This document shows, one piece after another, positions 62,867 through 64,000 of a stretch of DNA of 64,000 nucleotides. Source of the DNA: Myxococcota bacterium (GTDB taxonomy: Bacteria > Myxococcota_A > UBA796 > SXON01); contig JAZKFH010000017.1 of NCBI GenBank assembly GCA_040386535.1, positions 64,001 to 128,000 on the forward strand. The letters run 5' to 3'. The position numbers were made by a program, and so were the translations under genes. Position 1 is the stretch's first letter. Each line of letters starts with the position of its first letter. The notes below the pieces were generated by a model that searched no databases, was not told where the DNA came from, and was given only the letters and a program-made list of their open reading frames with translations.

Positions 62867-64000
62867 CTACTCCGACCGCCGCCACCCCGTGACATCGTAG
62901 GGGTCCTTGCCCGTGAGGACCATCTGCTCGTCGATGCGGAACGCGTCCGGGGATTGCAGGTTGAATTGCCATGGCACGAGCGACACGTAGAACGGATCGT
63001 TCCTGCCCAGCGCCTCGATGGGCTTGCCATTCAGGTAGGGGTTCACGCAGCCGCCGATCTCCTCACACAGGATTCGTGGCACCTCCGCGTTTGGGAGGAA
63101 CTCCTCCGACGTTGCCATCACGCCGCGCGCGCCTCGTGGCTTGACCATCAACAGGGAGCGGAACCGCACGAAGTCACGGGACTGTGTGCCCCCCGCGATG
63201 GCCCGCGAGGAGCGGTCCTCCACCGGCCCGACGATGCCGTGGTCCGACACCAACACGACCTTGGTGTTGTCGTATACGCCCTCCTTCTTCATCCAATCCA
63301 CGTAGTCGGCGACCAGGAGGAGGGTGCACCGCGCCGCGACTGCGTGTTGCAAATCGAACAGGCTCGCGTAGCCCCGGGCTGCCACCTCCTCGTCCGGAAG
63401 CACCAGCCGGGTGCGCCGCGGGCGGCAGTCCTCCCCCATGAAATAGGGTTCGTGGGGGAGCATGTTCATCACGATGTTGAGGCTGCCCGTCGGCGCGTCG
63501 GTGCGCGTGAGCGCGGGGAGCGCCTCGAGCTCGGCCCATTGTTTGAGCGTAGTCGCGGCGGAGTGATCGAGGAACTCCCGCCAGGGGCCGAGCTCGCCCA
63601 CCGCCGCCTTGACGAGGTACGGGGCGCTGCGCATCACGCCGAGCAGCACGAGCAGGTCGGAGTAGCTGGCCTTGGACAGCTCCGCGACGGGCACCCCGGT
63701 CGCCGCCGCGGCGTCTGCCACCAGGCTGGCCGGCATGCTGGCACATTCCAGGCCCTCGATCGAAAGGAAACTACAGTCCCCCTCCATCGTGAAGCCCAAT
63801 CCGTGGGGATTGACGAGGTGGGCCTCGTACCCCTTGGCCGTGAAATTGTAGGGGAGGATGGCAAAGCTCTCCACCGACTGATCGCGGAGCGGCCGGCCCG
63901 CGCGATTCATCTCGTCGGGGGTGTAGTCATACCCCCCGAGCAGCGGGTGCAGGCCCGCGATCGAGTTCTCTCCCGCGGCGAGCGTGCGCGGATACCAGGT
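62867..64000 (-). CDS. C-terminal part of an alkaline-phosphatase/sulfatase-superfamily protein (5' end outside the window)
   Basis: GGYDYTPDEMN, PHEP and YDNTKVVLVSDHG motifs; frame open to base 64000. Confidence 0.75.
   Translation of the reverse strand, partial: TWYPRTLAAGENSIAGLHPLLGGYDYTPDEMNRAGRPLRDQSVESFAILPYNFTAKGYEAHLVNPHGLGFTMEGDCSFLSIEGLECASMPASLVADAAAATGVPVAELSKASYSDLLVLLGVMRSAPYLVKAAVGELGPWREFLDHSAATTLKQWAELEALPALTRTDAPTGSLNIVMNMLPHEPYFMGEDCRPRRTRLVLPDEEVAARGYASLFDLQHAVAARCTLLLVADYVDWMKKEGVYDNTKVVLVSDHGIVGPVEDRSSRAIAGGTQSRDFVRFRSLLMVKPRGARGVMATSEEFLPNAEVPRILCEEIGGCVNPYLNGKPIEALGRNDPFYVSLVPWQFNLQSPDAFRIDEQMVLTGKDPYDVTGWRRSE

Overview
High-GC bacterial DNA that looks like an uncultured Myxococcota-type organism. 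This is inferred from a MYXO-CTERM-like sorting tail, many very short lipoprotein signals and (Asp-Thr)n linkers. About 10.1-34.7 kb is a minus-strand flagellar cluster in two blocks. Block 1 is flhA-fliA-flgF-flgG-flgA-flgH-motA-motB. After a ~4.5-kb interruption, block 2 is flgI-flgJ(M23)-flgM-flgN-flgK-flgL-fliC-fliC-fliD-fliS-fliT?-OMP-TPR-flgB-flgC-fliE. A REC-GGDEF / small STAS-like / hybrid kinase operon is divergent from flhA. The rest holds an MBOAT-SGNH acylation pair, many surface lipoproteins (M64 peptidase, CotH, ice-binding DUF3494, beta-helix), two GSTs, two VapBC-type TA modules and a decayed 55-59 kb zone with a serine-recombinase relic, an att-like palindrome and a P-type ATPase fragment. 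The most notable signals are: (i) one sigma28-like motif (TCAA-N15-WCCGAA) upstream of flhA/fliA, flgI and a flagellin, with rod genes at the tail of the filament block; (ii) a TPR and OMP pair coupled into the flagellar block; (iii) Asp-Thr-repeat lipoproteins, one co-transcribed with a CotH kinase; (iv) a twin-hairpin non-coding element and a 49-bp repeat at both breakpoints of the flagellar cluster; (v) a VapC frameshifted by a 59-bp tandem duplication. No rRNA, tRNA or CRISPR array was recognised. All calls come from reading motifs by eye, without database searches.
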